Numbered from the whole stretch's first letter, positions 1 to 12,015 are shown. The stretch: 63,640 bases of DNA, filler included, from Chiloscyllium plagiosum (GCF_004010195.1; 4 parts of one record of this genome joined end to end with filler, not necessarily neighbours in it), one strand, 5' to 3'. Notes: generated by a model not told the origin, from the letters alone. Numbers and translations: made by a program.

Positions 1-168
1 AGACGAACGATCAGTCCTCAGCAAAGGACTCACCTTCATCCCCCTCCGTCCACGCATCAATGAATTTAATACACGCCGTGACATCGAACAATTCCTCCGT
101 CGCCTCCGCCTCCGAGCTTACTTTCACAATCAGGATTCCCGCCCACCTTCCAAGGACGCCTTCGCCCA
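1..168 (+). mobile_element. Penelope-like element, fragment of the N-terminal ORF region
   Basis: Frame 2 reads DERSVLSKGLTFIPLRPRINEFNTRRDIEQFLRRLRLRAYFH. LSKGLxFxP...RRLRLxxYF is typical of the region upstream of the PLE reverse transcriptase. Confidence 0.75.
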
Positions 169-419
169 TTCCTCAGAACCTGTAGAGAAAAATCTGATAT
201 AACATGTTGGGTCGAGTGACCATTCCTCAGAACTGGCAAATCTCTTCCCTCCCCCCTTCCACGTCTTCATGCCTTTCCTGAAGAATAAAGCAAATAAATC
301 AATCAGTAAAACTGTGTTATCTTGTCACTGTTCATTACATATGAGCGTGGACAATGGTGCCTGTAGATATATAACAAATGAAGATATCACAGTAAATCTG
401 ATAGTATCCTCACCTGGTG

Positions 420-1448
420 TGTGTTGATCAGAAAAAGGTCAGTCAGGTGGACATCATAGAATATGAGTTCCGTGTTTGGGGCTGTTAACCGGATCCAATC
501 AGGGATCAATGGCTGACAGATACAAACAGGAGCGTTTGATCATACAGCATTGCCCTTTGATGTGAAGGGCAGTGCTTGTCACTGGCCACCCGGGTATTTT
601 CCTATCTTCCTGGTGGTGGAATTTGAATAAAGATTCCTGCACTTTGTGTCTTTCACTGTGTCTCACACCTGCACACACACACCATGGGTGCTGGGGAAAA
701 AATAAGCACTACCGCACTTAGGTGGTAGTGTGGAGGTTAATATAATAAAAGAAAACAAAAGTTCTCCACCGTCCGGACACGCCTTGACGTGCCCATTTGC
801 CACCGGGCGGTGGGGATCCCCAGTGGAGGGCTCTCTGAGCGGGAGTCCTCCCCCTTTCTCTAAAAAAAATAAGAATAGGAGTGTCTGAAGGGCAGTGTTT
901 GTCACTGGCCACACGGGTGTTTTCCTATCTTCCTGGTGGTGGAATTTGAATAAAGATTCGTGCACTTTGTGTCTTTCACCGTGTTTCACACCTGCACACA
1001 CACACACCATGGGTGCTGGGGCAAAAATAAGCACTACCACACTTAGGTGGTAGTGTGGGGGTTAATATAAAAAAGGAAAAGTAGAAAAAAAAACAAACAG
1101 GAGTGTTTGATCACACAGCATTGCCCTTTGATGTGAAGGGCAGTGCTTGTCACTGGCCACCCAGGTGTTTTCCTATCTTCCTGGTGGTGGAAATTGAATA
1201 AAGATTCGTGCACTTTGTGTCTTTCACTGTGTCTCACACCTGCACACACACACACCATGGATGCTGGGGAAAAAATAAGCACTACTGTGGTTAGGCAGTA
1301 GTGTGGGGGTTAATAAAAAAAACAAACAGGAGCGTCAGGGTTTCTGCTCCTTTTAGGAGCCAGCTCTGAGCGAGCTGGGTCAGTGTCATGTACTATGCAC
1401 ACAAAAATAAAGGGGGACTTGGTGATGAGATACCGTGTAGTTATTTTA
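420..1448 (+). mobile_element. Degenerate solo LTR, interrupted by inserts at 536-1321
   Basis: With the inserts removed, a ~230-bp unit remains: CCAAT box (495), TATA-like GATACAAA (519-526), AATAAA (1406). Exact termini are uncertain. Confidence 0.55.
536..1321 (+). mobile_element. Array of four short A-tailed non-LTR-type 3' ends (three family A, one family B)
   Basis: Family A at 536-760, 885-1092 and 1107-1321 (highly similar, terminal stem-loop, A-rich tail); family B at 761-869. Perfect 14-bp direct repeat ACAAACAGGAGCGT at 522-535 and 1322-1335. Confidence 0.8.
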
Positions 1449-2059
1449 GCGTATACTTCTCAACAGGGTTGGTCAGGAATGTAACCCTATGGATTGTCCT
1501 CCTTTTTATACCATAGTCAGAATGTGGTTAACTTTACTGGTATTCTGTAGGAAAGCTAAGTTGATGCAGATGGTCTATTAAATACAGTCGATGCTACTGA
1601 AGTTTGATTTATTCAGGTTAAGTTTAGAAGTCACTGATTTGACCGGAAGGAATCTGATTACAAGGGAAGATTTAACACAGCTCTAACATTACCTCAGTAT
1701 TATGTAGGTTAGTGAGTGAGATCTGTCCTGATCAGAATAGTAAAAACCACATCAGGAACTTAAGCGTCCTGATACTGATGGGAACCAGTAATTGTATTCA
1801 TGAAATATCAGATGCCTGAAACTGATTCATTTGAGGAATGGTCTAATTGAGGATAGAGGAATGTTATAATGTAAGTTCATTATTTCTAATATACACTGGC
1901 ACATATTTTAATTTAAATCACCATTTTTCCCTTCACCAAAAGAAGAATTTGCATTGAAAGTATTTTTTAGAATCAGCAGATATTTAAAAGTGATTTATAG
2001 CGAGTGGAATATTTCTGAAGCATTGTCAGTGATGTAATGTAGGTTAACATTAAATGTTG

Positions 2060-2300
2060 TAATTGTGCCTGCCTCTACCACTTCCTCTGGTAGCTTGTTC
2101 TATATATGCACCATCCTCTGTGTGAAAACATTGCCCCTTTAGGTCCCTTTTAATCTTGCCCCTCTCACCTTAAATCTCTGCCTTCTAGTTTGGACTCCCC
2201 GACCCTGCAGCTATTCACCCTATCCATGGCTCTCATGATTTTGTAAATCTTAGCTCTCATGATTTTGTAAACCTTTATAAGGTCACCCCTCAGCCTCTGA
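2060..2300 (-). mobile_element. CR1/HER1 LINE 3' fragment
   Basis: Matches CR1 3' sequence repeated at 44335-44802 and 56755-57130. Confidence 0.8.
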
Positions 2301-3449
2301 TTTCATGCTTCACTGTACTTTCAGATGCAATCTTTCAAAGCAGCTTTGTTTGGTCATTAAGTTCAAGTACAGTCTCAATTGTCCAATCCACAAAACATAG
2401 TGCCAATGAATAATTCCTCACAAAAAAAGTTCCATTTAAGAGCTTGGTTTTCATTTGGAAAGATCACTTATTCTTAAAAACAATAAATTTAGCAGATTCC
2501 CTATACTTGTTGTAAATTAAAATAAAAAGTTCATAGTCTGTCCACCCACGCGCTACATCTTCTGTGCAGTGTAAGTTTCTCATCGTAAATGCAGTTTTGT
2601 AACAGTGTATCTTACTTTATTGGTCTAAAGAGGTTAGATTTATTGTACGATGTGAAGGGAGATCAGTGCAATGTTCTCTGTGACAAATCGAGGATGGATA
2701 AAAAGCTAAATTGGATAAGCAAAGCAGTGGTGCTGTAAAATCTGATTTAATATTTATTATCTATGTGTACTTTGCATGCACACAGTGCCATGGCAACAAG
2801 AAGTGTTTAAGTTCAGTAGGAGAATCAAGGAAATATCAAAGCCAAGAAATTTAATAATAAGCCATTGTCTAATATTTGAAAGCATCAGATACATTTTGCA
2901 GACTATTATGAGAGCACACCAAAAAAGCATTACCTACTTCATAGCAACAGACAATTATTTTTGACCATTTTTGCACTACATTGACCATAGGACTATCTCA
3001 TTTTGTTTCGTTACCCTATGCAGTGATATTGAGTGATTTTGACTCTGATCTCCAGCATCTGCAGTCCTCACTTTCTCCTATACAGTGACATTGCTTGTCG
3101 TCTCAGTGCTTTAATCTGGATGGATTTATTCTCTGGGAGGTATACTGTAAAAAAAAATCAATACGAGGGTAACTTGTATTCATCAGCTTGAACATAACTA
3201 AATATAGTTCATCCAACTTGTTTACATGCGGTTTGAGAAAACATCAGTCTTGAATGAAAAAGATGAATAAATTAATTAAGGAAAGAAGATGCATAAAATA
3301 CAGGAAAGAATAAAGGGTAAAAAAGAGGGTGGGGGTAGGATAGTCATGCTGCACAAAGAGATGCCTGTTAAGAACTTTGAGAACATGGAAAATTCAAGTT
3401 TTTCTTTTTCTGTTTTATCAATCAGAGCCATGAATTTGAAACCCATATT

Positions 3450-6400
3450 GTAAGGAGAACACCCATAAACCACTCCAGTTGTGTTCTCATGAGGGGTTGC
3501 AAGAAAAATGGCCACATACGACAGAGTGTACAGATAAGCAGAATCTTATGAAATTCAGTAGGATGCAACATAAACATGGTTTTTGTGCTGTATGACTCTA
3601 TATGCCTCTCTCTGTGAAAGGCTATTGTGGAAAATGAAAGTTCATGGTGTAGTGGGTAACATGTTGGCATGGATAGAAGATGGACTGGCCCACAGGAAAC
3701 AGGAAGTAGGTATAAAAGGGTAAATTCTGCTTTATAAAATGAAATGAGTGGATTGTCAAGAAGGATGGGTCGCACCTAAGTGGAAGGACACAAATATCCT
3801 GGCAGGGAGGTTTGCTAATACCACTCAGGAGAGTTTAAACTAGTGTGGCAGTGGGATGGGAACCAGAAGAGTGGGTCTGCATGTGCAGTGATTGAGGAGA
3901 AGTAGATGTTAAGTGAAATAAGACTAACATGAAGAACAAGCAGGGCAAGGTTAATGAACATGGGGCTCTGGTGGTCTGAAGTGTATTTATTTCAATGTAA
4001 GGAGTAGAACAAGTAAGACACGTGGACTTGGAGTCTGGATTAGCACATGGAGCTATGATGTTTTTGATTTTATGGAAACTTGGTTGAGAAAAGGAAAGGA
4101 CTGGCAGCTCAACGTTGCAGGGTTTACTTGTTTCCAAGATGATAGAGAGGGATATAAAAGGGATGGGGGAGTTGCATTAGTGATTAAGAAGAATGTCACA
4201 ACTGTACTAAGAGAGGACACCTTGGAAAGCTCATCCAGCCAGGCCATATGGGTATAACTCAGGAATAAGAAACGTGCAGTTACTATGATGGGGTTATACT
4301 ACAGCCTTCCAATAGCCAGCAATAGGTAGAGGAACAGATATGTAAGCAGATCATGGAAAGATGTAACACAATGGGTGATTTTAACTAGCTCGACAGTGAC
4401 TGAGACTCCCTTAGTTCCAGGGCTTAGATGGGTTAGAATTTCTAAACAGGGTCCAGGAGAGTTTCTAGAAATAATATGAAGATAGTCCAACTAGGGAAGG
4501 AGCCATACTAGACCTCGTTTTGGGGAATGAGCCTAGCCAGGTGATTAAGGTTTGGTGAGGAGCATTTTGAGAACTGTGATCACAATTCCATAGGTTTAAG
4601 ATAGTTATGGATAATCCTCAGGTGTAGGTGCTAAATTGGGGGAAGGCTAATCACAACAGTAATTAGCCATCCTCCTTAAATACAACAGTAAAATAGACAG
4701 GAACTAGAAAAATTGGGACTGCTGTTTGAAGGTAAATCTACATCTGAGATGTGGGAGCCTTTTAAAAGCCAATTGACCAGAATTCAGGACCAGCATGTTT
4801 GTGTTAGGATGAAAGTTTAGTCAATAAGAAAAAATGTAAGATTTACAAAATTGAAATCAGACAAGGCCCATGAGGAATTTAAAGGAAACAGGAAATAATC
4901 AAGGAATTAGGAGGGTTAAAGGGGCGATGAAATGTCCTTGGCAAATAGATTAAGGATCATCCCAAGGCATTTTATACATATATTAGAAGTGCGAAGGTAG
5001 CTAGGGAAAGGGTAGGTCCACTCAAGGACCAAGGAGGCCATTTATGTGTGGAGCCAGCAGAGGTGGGTGAGACCTCCTTGATGATTACTTTGTGTCAGTA
5101 TTCCTCAAGGAGATGGAGATGGGTGATGGAAAGATTAGGAGGGCCACATTGATGTTCTGGGGTATATCAATATTAAGAAGGAAGGACATGTCATGAAAAC
5201 ATTAAGATAGATAAATCCTCAGGACCTGATAGGATCTATTAGGATCGATGAACTAATGGCACAGATAATAGTGAATGATTATGATGTAGTAGGCATCACA
5301 GAGACTTGGTTACAGGGGGGTCAGGACTGGCAGTTAAACCTCCATGGTTTATGGTCTTATGGTCTTATGGTCTATTCCAAAATACCAAAGGAGGTAAGGG
5401 AAGAGATTGCTGGGCCTTTGACAGATATTTTTGTATTTTCTTTCGCAGAGTCCCAGAAGACTGGAGACTAGCTAATGTTGTTCCTTTCTTTAAGAAGGGC
5501 AACAGGGGTAATCCAGGAAATTATAGGCTGTTGAACCTTACATCAGTGGTATGAAAATTATTTGGCGAAGATTCTTCGGGACAGGATTTACTTGCATTTG
5601 GAAAAGAATTGTCTTATTAGGGTTAGTCAGATGACTTTGTGCAAGGAGATCTTGTCTCACAAATTTGATTGAGTTTTTCAAGGAAGTGATGAAGATGATT
5701 GATGAGGATAGGGTACTGGGTGTTATCTACATGGACTTTACTAAAGCATTTGACAAGCTACCCCATAGTAGACTGATCTAGGAGATTAAGGCACATGGGA
5801 TCCACAGTGAATTGGTAAGTCGGATTGACTTAGTAATGAATGACATAGATACCATAGAATCCATGCGTGTGGATGTAGGCCATTCAGCCCATCGAGTCCA
5901 CACCGAGCCTCTGAAGAGCATCCCACCCACACCATCCCTGTAACCTGCAATTTCCATGGCTAATCCATATAACCTACGCATACCTCGATACAATGAGCTG
6001 TTTAGCTTGGCCGATCCACCTAACCTGCACATCTTTGGACTGTGGGAGGAAACCAGAGCACCCAGAGAAAACTCACACAGACACGGGGGAATGTGTAAAC
6101 TCCATGGAGCCAGTCACCTGAAGTGGAATAGAACCCAGGTCCCTGGCGCCTTGAGGCAGCAGTGCTAGTCACTGAGCCACCATGCCTCCCAAATTCTTTG
6201 GCGTGCAATGCCTCGAATGTGCAAGGCAGTCAAAATCAGAGCGGAGACAATGAAGATGACAAAACGGGGAGAAAAAAAAGAAAAGAAAGATGGTAATTGT
6301 GGAGAAGTGTATTTTCTGACTTGAAGTCTGTGACCAGTCGTGTTCCACAAGGATCATTGCTGTGACCTCTGTTGTTTATAATATCGAAATGATTTGGATG

Positions 6401-6720
6401 AAAATGGAAATGGTCTGATTAGGAAGTTTGCAGGCGACACAAAAATTGATGAAGTTGTGAATAGCGAAGTTGAGCAAAGAATAAAGCAGGATAAAGATCA
6501 GTTGGAAAGTTGGATGGAGAAAAGGCAGATGGAGTTTAATGGAGTTGCATTTCTGGAGATCAGATGCAAGAGGACAGTATACAGTAAATGGCAGGACCCT
6601 TAGGAGCATTGGTTTAGAGAGAGAGACCTTGGAGTGCAAGCCCATAGTTCCTTGAAAGTCGCAACATAGATGGATAAAGTGGTAAAGAAGGTGTTCAGAT
6701 GTTTACTTTCATCAGTCAGG
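3450..6720 (+). mobile_element. Decayed CR1-clade LINE (ORF1 end, endonuclease, RT)
   Basis: Peptide remnants ETWLRKGKDWQLNVAGFTCF..GGGVAL, DVVGITETWL, VPEDWRLANVVPFFKKG..PGNYR and KFAGDTKI, with many stops and frameshifts. A further 3' remnant lies at about 7210-7510. Confidence 0.85.
5848..6186 (-). mobile_element. HE1-like V-SINE inserted in CR1
   Basis: Reverse strand shows a tRNA-like head (GGTGGCTCAGTG A-box), the V-domain core and a CR1-derived tail. Confidence 0.85.
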
Positions 6721-7734
6721 GTGAAGGGGGTTTGAGTCCAATATGGTAAAGGGCAGCCATATCCTGATGGGTAAAGGGGGGGGGGGGGGTGTCATGTCTT
6801 GATGGACGAAGGAAGTCAGGTTAGGTCTGGGGCAGGCAGGCAAAGGGGATTGGATCCTGGGTCCCAGGTGCAAGATGAATGGTGTCAGGTCACAATGTGA
6901 GGGAGTGTAGAGTTGTGGGTGAGTGGGTTAACTATGGGTTTATTTAATAGTTACTCAGGATTTAGGCTATGAACTTAACAGTCTAACTTCTACTGAACAA
7001 CTAGTTACTTATTTTAATCAGAACCCTGTGAATTTGCCGATTTAAATAGAGACATCCAAAATGCCCCAGGTTCAGGGAATTGCTCGGCAGGGCCTTCACT
7101 TTTCTGGGTAAGTCTTTGGGAGTGTGTACTGATGGGGATTCTGCAGCACAACTACTATCTACACTGGAATAACTTCAGCCTTACTATAGGAGAGTCTAGG
7201 CCATTGATTGCTAGGGGAGTGTCTTTTAAAAATAAGTCACTTTTAAAACCAAGATGAGAAGAATGTTTCCCCCCCCAACCCCTCACAAAAGGTAGTGAGT
7301 CTTTGCAATGCTGTCTCTCAAAAGACAGTGGAAGTGAAGTCTTTGATTATTTTTAAGGCTGAGGTAGGATAGATTCTTGCGAGGTGAGGGGTTGAAAGAT
7401 TTTCAGGAGGAAGATGGGAATGTGAAGTAATCAGCTTAACTTTGATCTTATTGACTAGCAGCAGAGGCCAAAGGGGCAGAGTGGCCTACTCTCATTCCTA
7501 GTTGGCATGGTTTCACATACTTTTGTGCAAAATACTTGAGAAAACTAATCAGTTTAAAGCCTAAGAATGTATAAACTTTACATTTCTTAGCAGAGGTATG
7601 AAAGCTCGCGTTAGGAGTAACTGCTGAAGGATGGATCAGAAGATTCAATATTTTGTTTTAAAGACTAAGTGTGAGATCTCCACTCAGGGACACGTTAGGT
7701 TTTCTCATATGTATTTTTAATCAGCCTGTTTAGA

Positions 7735-7822
7735 TGTGTTATGGCACAACTCTGGAATAGGTGGGTTTTGAACCTGGGCTACCTGCCTCAGAGATAGGAA
7801 CACTTCTGCTATGTCACATGAG
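7735..7822 (-). mobile_element. Short tRNA-derived SINE head
   Basis: Reverse strand has a B-box-like CCCAGGTTCAAAACC after a decayed A-box region. Confidence 0.45.
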
Positions 7823-7920
7823 TATCTTCTTCCAAGCTCACTTACCAGTAAAATGCCAAATTGGATGACGAGGATGTTCCAGCCACCAGGAGCAGCTGGG
7901 CTGCAAATTCCAAATGTTGA

Positions 7921-8236
7921 GGGTAGCGTTGTGGCTCAGTGCTAGGGACCCAGGTTTGATTCCAGCCTCAGGCAACTGTCTGTATGTTTGCACATTCTCC
8001 CCTTGTCTGTGAGGGTTTCCTCCCACAGTCCAAAGACGTGCAGGTTAGGTGAATTAGTCATGATAAATTGCCTACAGGGTTCAGGGACGTGTAGATTAAG
8101 TGCATTAGTCAGGGGAAATTTAGGGTAATAGAATAGGGGAATGGATCTGGGTGGGACACTCTTCAGAGGGTTGGTCTGGACTTGTTGGGCCAAATGGCCT
8201 GTTTCCACACTGCAGGGATTCTTTAATTCTATTCTA
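7921..8236 (+). mobile_element. HE1-like V-SINE
   Basis: GTGGCTCAGTG, GGTTTGATTCC, TTTGCACATTCTCCCC core, GGCCTGTTTCCACACTG tail and ATTCT repeats. Confidence 0.85.
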
Positions 8237-8359
8237 TAATTCAAAATGCATTTTGAAAGGGAATGGATAGCACGTCACTCTCTGCAACCCAGGAACATCA
8301 CTCACTCTCTGATCATCACCCCAACTGAATCCTGGAGATGTCAGAGACAAGGTAAAAGG

Positions 8360-8535
8360 CTTTAGGAGGCTGTCCCGGAGCAAATGGAAGATCTTTTCTC
8401 TAGGGATGGCAACAAGAGGCCATGATGAATGCAGCCGAGACGGAGGCAATTGTGGAGGTCAGCACCTGCGCTTAGTAAACAGAACCTGGTTCCAGTGTCA
8501 TACGGCAATGAATGACCTGCTGCACTCCGCCCGAG
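8360..8535 (+). pseudogene. Myb/SANT-like domain fossil, probably from a Harbinger transposon accessory ORF
   Basis: Across frameshifts it reads EAVPEQMEDLFSRDGNKRP / EAIVEVST / LVNRTWFQCHTAMNDLLHSAR, resembling the RTxxQCxxxxNDL helix of Myb/SANT-like proteins. Confidence 0.55.
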
Positions 8536-8544
8536 TACATACCT

Positions 8545-9692
8545 CTGTTGCAGTGGACAATAGGGAACCGGTGGATGTATCTGGTGTATCTGGATTCCAG
8601 AAGGCATTCAACAAGGTTCTGCACAAAAGGCTGCTGCATGAGGTAAATGTGCATAGTGTTACGGGTAATGTATTAGCATGGATAGAAGATTGGTTCACCA
8701 ACAGAAAGCAAAGAGTGGGGATAAATAGGTGTTTTTCTGGTTGGGGATCAGTAGCTAGTGATATGCCTCATGGAGGTGACCAAGTGTAGTGTGACAAAGT
8801 TCACAGATGATACTAAGGTTAGTGGTAGAGCAAAGTGTGCAGAGGACAGTGAAAGTCTGCAGAGGGATATAGACAGATTAAGTGAGTGGGCAAGGGTTTG
8901 GCAAATAGAGTACAATGTTGGTAAATGTGAAATCATCCATTTTGTTTATTTTTTAGATTAGATTCCCTACAGTGTGGAAACATGCCCTTCAGCCCAACCG
9001 GTCCACACCGACCCTCCAAAGGGTAACCCACCCAGAACCATTTCCCTCTGACTAATGCACCTAGCACTATGGGCAGTTTAGCATGGCCAATTCACCTGAC
9101 CTGCACATCTTTGGACTGTGGGAGAAAACCGGAGCACCCAAAGGAAACCCACGCAGATACGGGGAGAATGTGCAAACTCCACACAGACTGTCACCCGAGG
9201 TTGGGATCGAACCTGGGACCCTGGTTCTGTGAGGCAGCAGTGCTAACCACTGAGCCACCATGTTGCCCCTGTAAATGGTGAAAAATTGCAGCATGCTGCT
9301 GTGCAGAGGGATGTTGGTTTGCAGGTGCAGAAGGTAATTAAGAAGACAATGGCATACTGTGCTTCATTGCTAGAGGGATGGAATTTAAAAATAGGGAGGT
9401 TGTGCTGAGTAGGGTGCTGGTGAGACCACACCTGGAGTACTGTCTACAGTTTTGGTCTCCTTGCTTGAGAAAGGATGTACTGGCACTGGAGGGGGTGCAG
9501 AGGATGTTCACTAGGTTGATTCCAGAGTTGAGAAGATTGGTTTATGAGGATAGACTGAGTTAATTGGGACTAAACACTTTGGAATTTAGAAGTATGAGGG
9601 GGGATCTTACAGAAACATATACAATAATGAAGGGAATAGATAAGATAGAAGCAGGGAGGTTGTTTTCACTGGTGAGTGAGACTAGAACCAGG
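8545..9692 (+). mobile_element. CR1 RT fragment
   Basis: FQKAFNKVLHKRLL, KFTDDTKV, LVRPHLEYCLQFWSP. Confidence 0.9.
8953..9267 (-). mobile_element. HE1 SINE inserted in CR1
   Basis: Full head-core-tail on the reverse strand; TTAGA repeats at the tail. Confidence 0.9.
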
Positions 9693-10968
9693 GCTTTGAT
9701 CCGACACAGGGGAACTGAATTTTTTCTTCTGACCAATTAAATCCTCAATCCAATATTTTAAAAGTGTAGGACCAGAAAATGCCACTGGAATATGTGGCTG
9801 AATGTTAGATTGGAAATTTAGTGAAGAGAAAACTAAAATGTTATGGTGCCCAGTGTAATATGTGTGTCTGTTAGAGGTACATCACTGCAAGATGTGAAGC
9901 CTACCACACATATCCATGCAAATTCTTCAATTGTGTAGGACAGGGGTTTCATTGACATTTGGATTTATTGAGGGATGATTGCAAAGTCTCTCATTAGATT
10001 ATCCATATATAGTATTCATTGATGGTGTTTCTCTTTGTAGACCATGATTATGAACTCCTTGCACCCCACTCCCAGCCAAAACCATCACTTCTGTGGAGTT
10101 CCCAAGTCCCACAAACCATCATGCAAAACAAAAATGTTGTAACGATGACATGTGCACATACATGCAGCAGGAGGTGATGTGTTATACGCCTGAGAAATGA
10201 AAATGGAGCTGTGTCCAACGCTGCAGCACATCCATAATGTGTAATGAGAATCTGACACCAATTCCTGCCAATCCTCAAGCCTCTTGCTCCAGTGGCCTGG
10301 GCCAGTCTGAAGATCCATTGTTGCTCCAGCCCCAATGGAGCACCACACACATCGCACTCAGTAGAGGACAAGCAAAGGTTTTTATCTCTTCTTTCCTCTC
10401 TAAGCAATTATCCATCTGTGAATGGATCTTTCATGAACTCTGGAAGTATTAAAGTGAAAAAAGATTTTTGAAGGCTATAGGTGTCAACGTTTAATAGTTT
10501 TTTAGTTTGCAGTTTCTGCAAGATTGCTGGAGATGTCATCTTTGTTCACCATAATATAATTCCGTCAAAATGTTAAAAGTGTATGTTAAACCTACCCTCT
10601 TTGCACACTCTCACCCGGTTAGCAGGACTCGCACTGATATTTTCATGACCACTTGGCATCTCAAAGTGCTTTGCAGACAACTGTCAGTAGGTAGTCTGTC
10701 ATAATATAGGGAACACAGCAACCAAAGACAACTCTCACAAACAGCAAACTGATAACAGACCAGATAAACTGTATATTGTTCTGTTGATTGAGCGATGAAT
10801 TTTGGTCAGAGTATTGGGAATAACTCCCCCATCTGAGAAATATTCCCACTGATTCTTTTACATTCACCCACACAGTAAATTTAACATCCCATCTGAAAGA
10901 CATCACCTCTGGCAGAGCAGCACTCCACAGTTTGCCCTGGTGTTTCAGTCTTGACTCTTGTGTTGAGG

Positions 10969-11358
10969 GAGAAAGTGAGGACAGCAGATGCTGGAGATCA
11001 GAGCTGAAAATGTGTTGCTGGAAAGGCGCAGCAGGTCAGGCAGCATCCAAGGAGCAGGAGAATCGACGTTTCGGGCATGAGCCCTTCTTCAGGAATGAGG
11101 AGGGTGTGCCAAGCAGGCTAAGATAAAAGATAGGGAGGAGGGACTTGGGGGAGGGGCGTTGGAAATGCGATAGGTGGAAGGAGGTAAAGGTGAGGGTGAT
11201 AGGCCGGAGTGGGGTGGGCGCGGAGAGGTCAGGAAGAAGATTGCAGGTTAGGAAGGTGGTGCTGAGTTCGAGGGTTGGGAATGAGACAAGGTGGGGGGAG
11301 GGGAAATGAGGAAACTGGAGAAATCGGAGTTCATCCCTTGTGTTTGAGGGTTCCCAGG
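10969..11358 (-). mobile_element. Penelope-like terminal fragment with hammerhead motif
   Basis: 9-bp TSD GTGTTGAGG at 10960-10968 and 11359-11367; close relatives at 24347-24538 and 63349-63475. Confidence 0.8.
11061..11096 (-). ncRNA. Minimal type I hammerhead ribozyme motif
   Basis: Reverse strand ATTC CTGAAGA A GGGC TCAT GCCC GAAA CGTC GATT: CUGANGA core, 4-bp stem II, GAAA, palindromic ACGU, GUC triplet. Confidence 0.65.
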
Positions 11359-12015
11359 GTGTTGAGGCCCTGGAGTGTGATTTGAATGGAAACCTTTGCT
11401 GCCTCTGTCCTCATTTGACAAGCTCTCGAATTCCCTAAACCTCTCCACACCTTTACATCTCTTTCCATCTTTTGACTAAGCGACTATCCTAGCATTCTTC
11501 ATGTGCTTTAGTATCAAGTTTTGTTTTTAAACCCTCTTGGAATGTGCCTTGGGATGTTTTATTATTTTAAAGGTGCTATATTACAAGTCAATGTTGTTCC
11601 CAGAATCTGAGAAATGGGAGCAGCTTGTCACTCTTAACCTGTATTTGTTTTTTTTGATACAATGTGATGCCTGATACAAATGTCAAGCTCAACAGCTCTG
11701 AGCAGATAGAGCTGGTTTATGAAAATCCAGCCAAAACAGTGGCACAGTTCGGAGAGTCCTGGCTAAAGCCCCCCACCTGCAGCCCGACACAGGAACAGCA
11801 ATTGATGAGTTGGAGTACTTGGAAACACTGGCATCCATTGAAAGTACATCAAATTCACTGAAAGGGAACCCAAATGATCGATCAATAATTTAGGCTTAAT
11901 AGGCTTGAAACACATTGTTTTATTTGAACACACATAGTCTTTCAAATTGGCATTTATTGAGAAATCACCTCATATTTTAATATCTACATGAAAATAACAA
12001 TATATTCAATTGCAA

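Larger units (their letters stand above)
10650..11395 (-). mobile_element. DeuSINE-like (SacSINE1/AmnSINE1-related) old SINE, split by a Penelope insert
   Basis: Contains TTTAACATCCCATCTGAAAGACATCACCTCT..GCAGCACTCC. Related copies at 58735-59014 and 60010-60352. Confidence 0.6.

Noticed and set aside
663..1282. Similar minus-strand ORFs (125 and 79 aa)
   Set aside because: Antisense readings of the repeated family-A units.
522..1335. CRISPR-like repeat-spacer appearance
   Set aside because: Repeats are 14 bp, the intervening units are 100-225 bp and homologous to each other, the DNA is eukaryotic and there are no cas genes. TSDs explain it better.
7846..7900. Exon-like 55-nt segment on the minus strand with a strong gtaagt donor
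   Set aside because: Weak acceptor and no recognisable peptide in any frame.
10041..10377. Possible plus-strand exon after ctctttgtag (DHDYELLAP..)
   Set aside because: All frames stop early, no partner exons, no recognisable protein.
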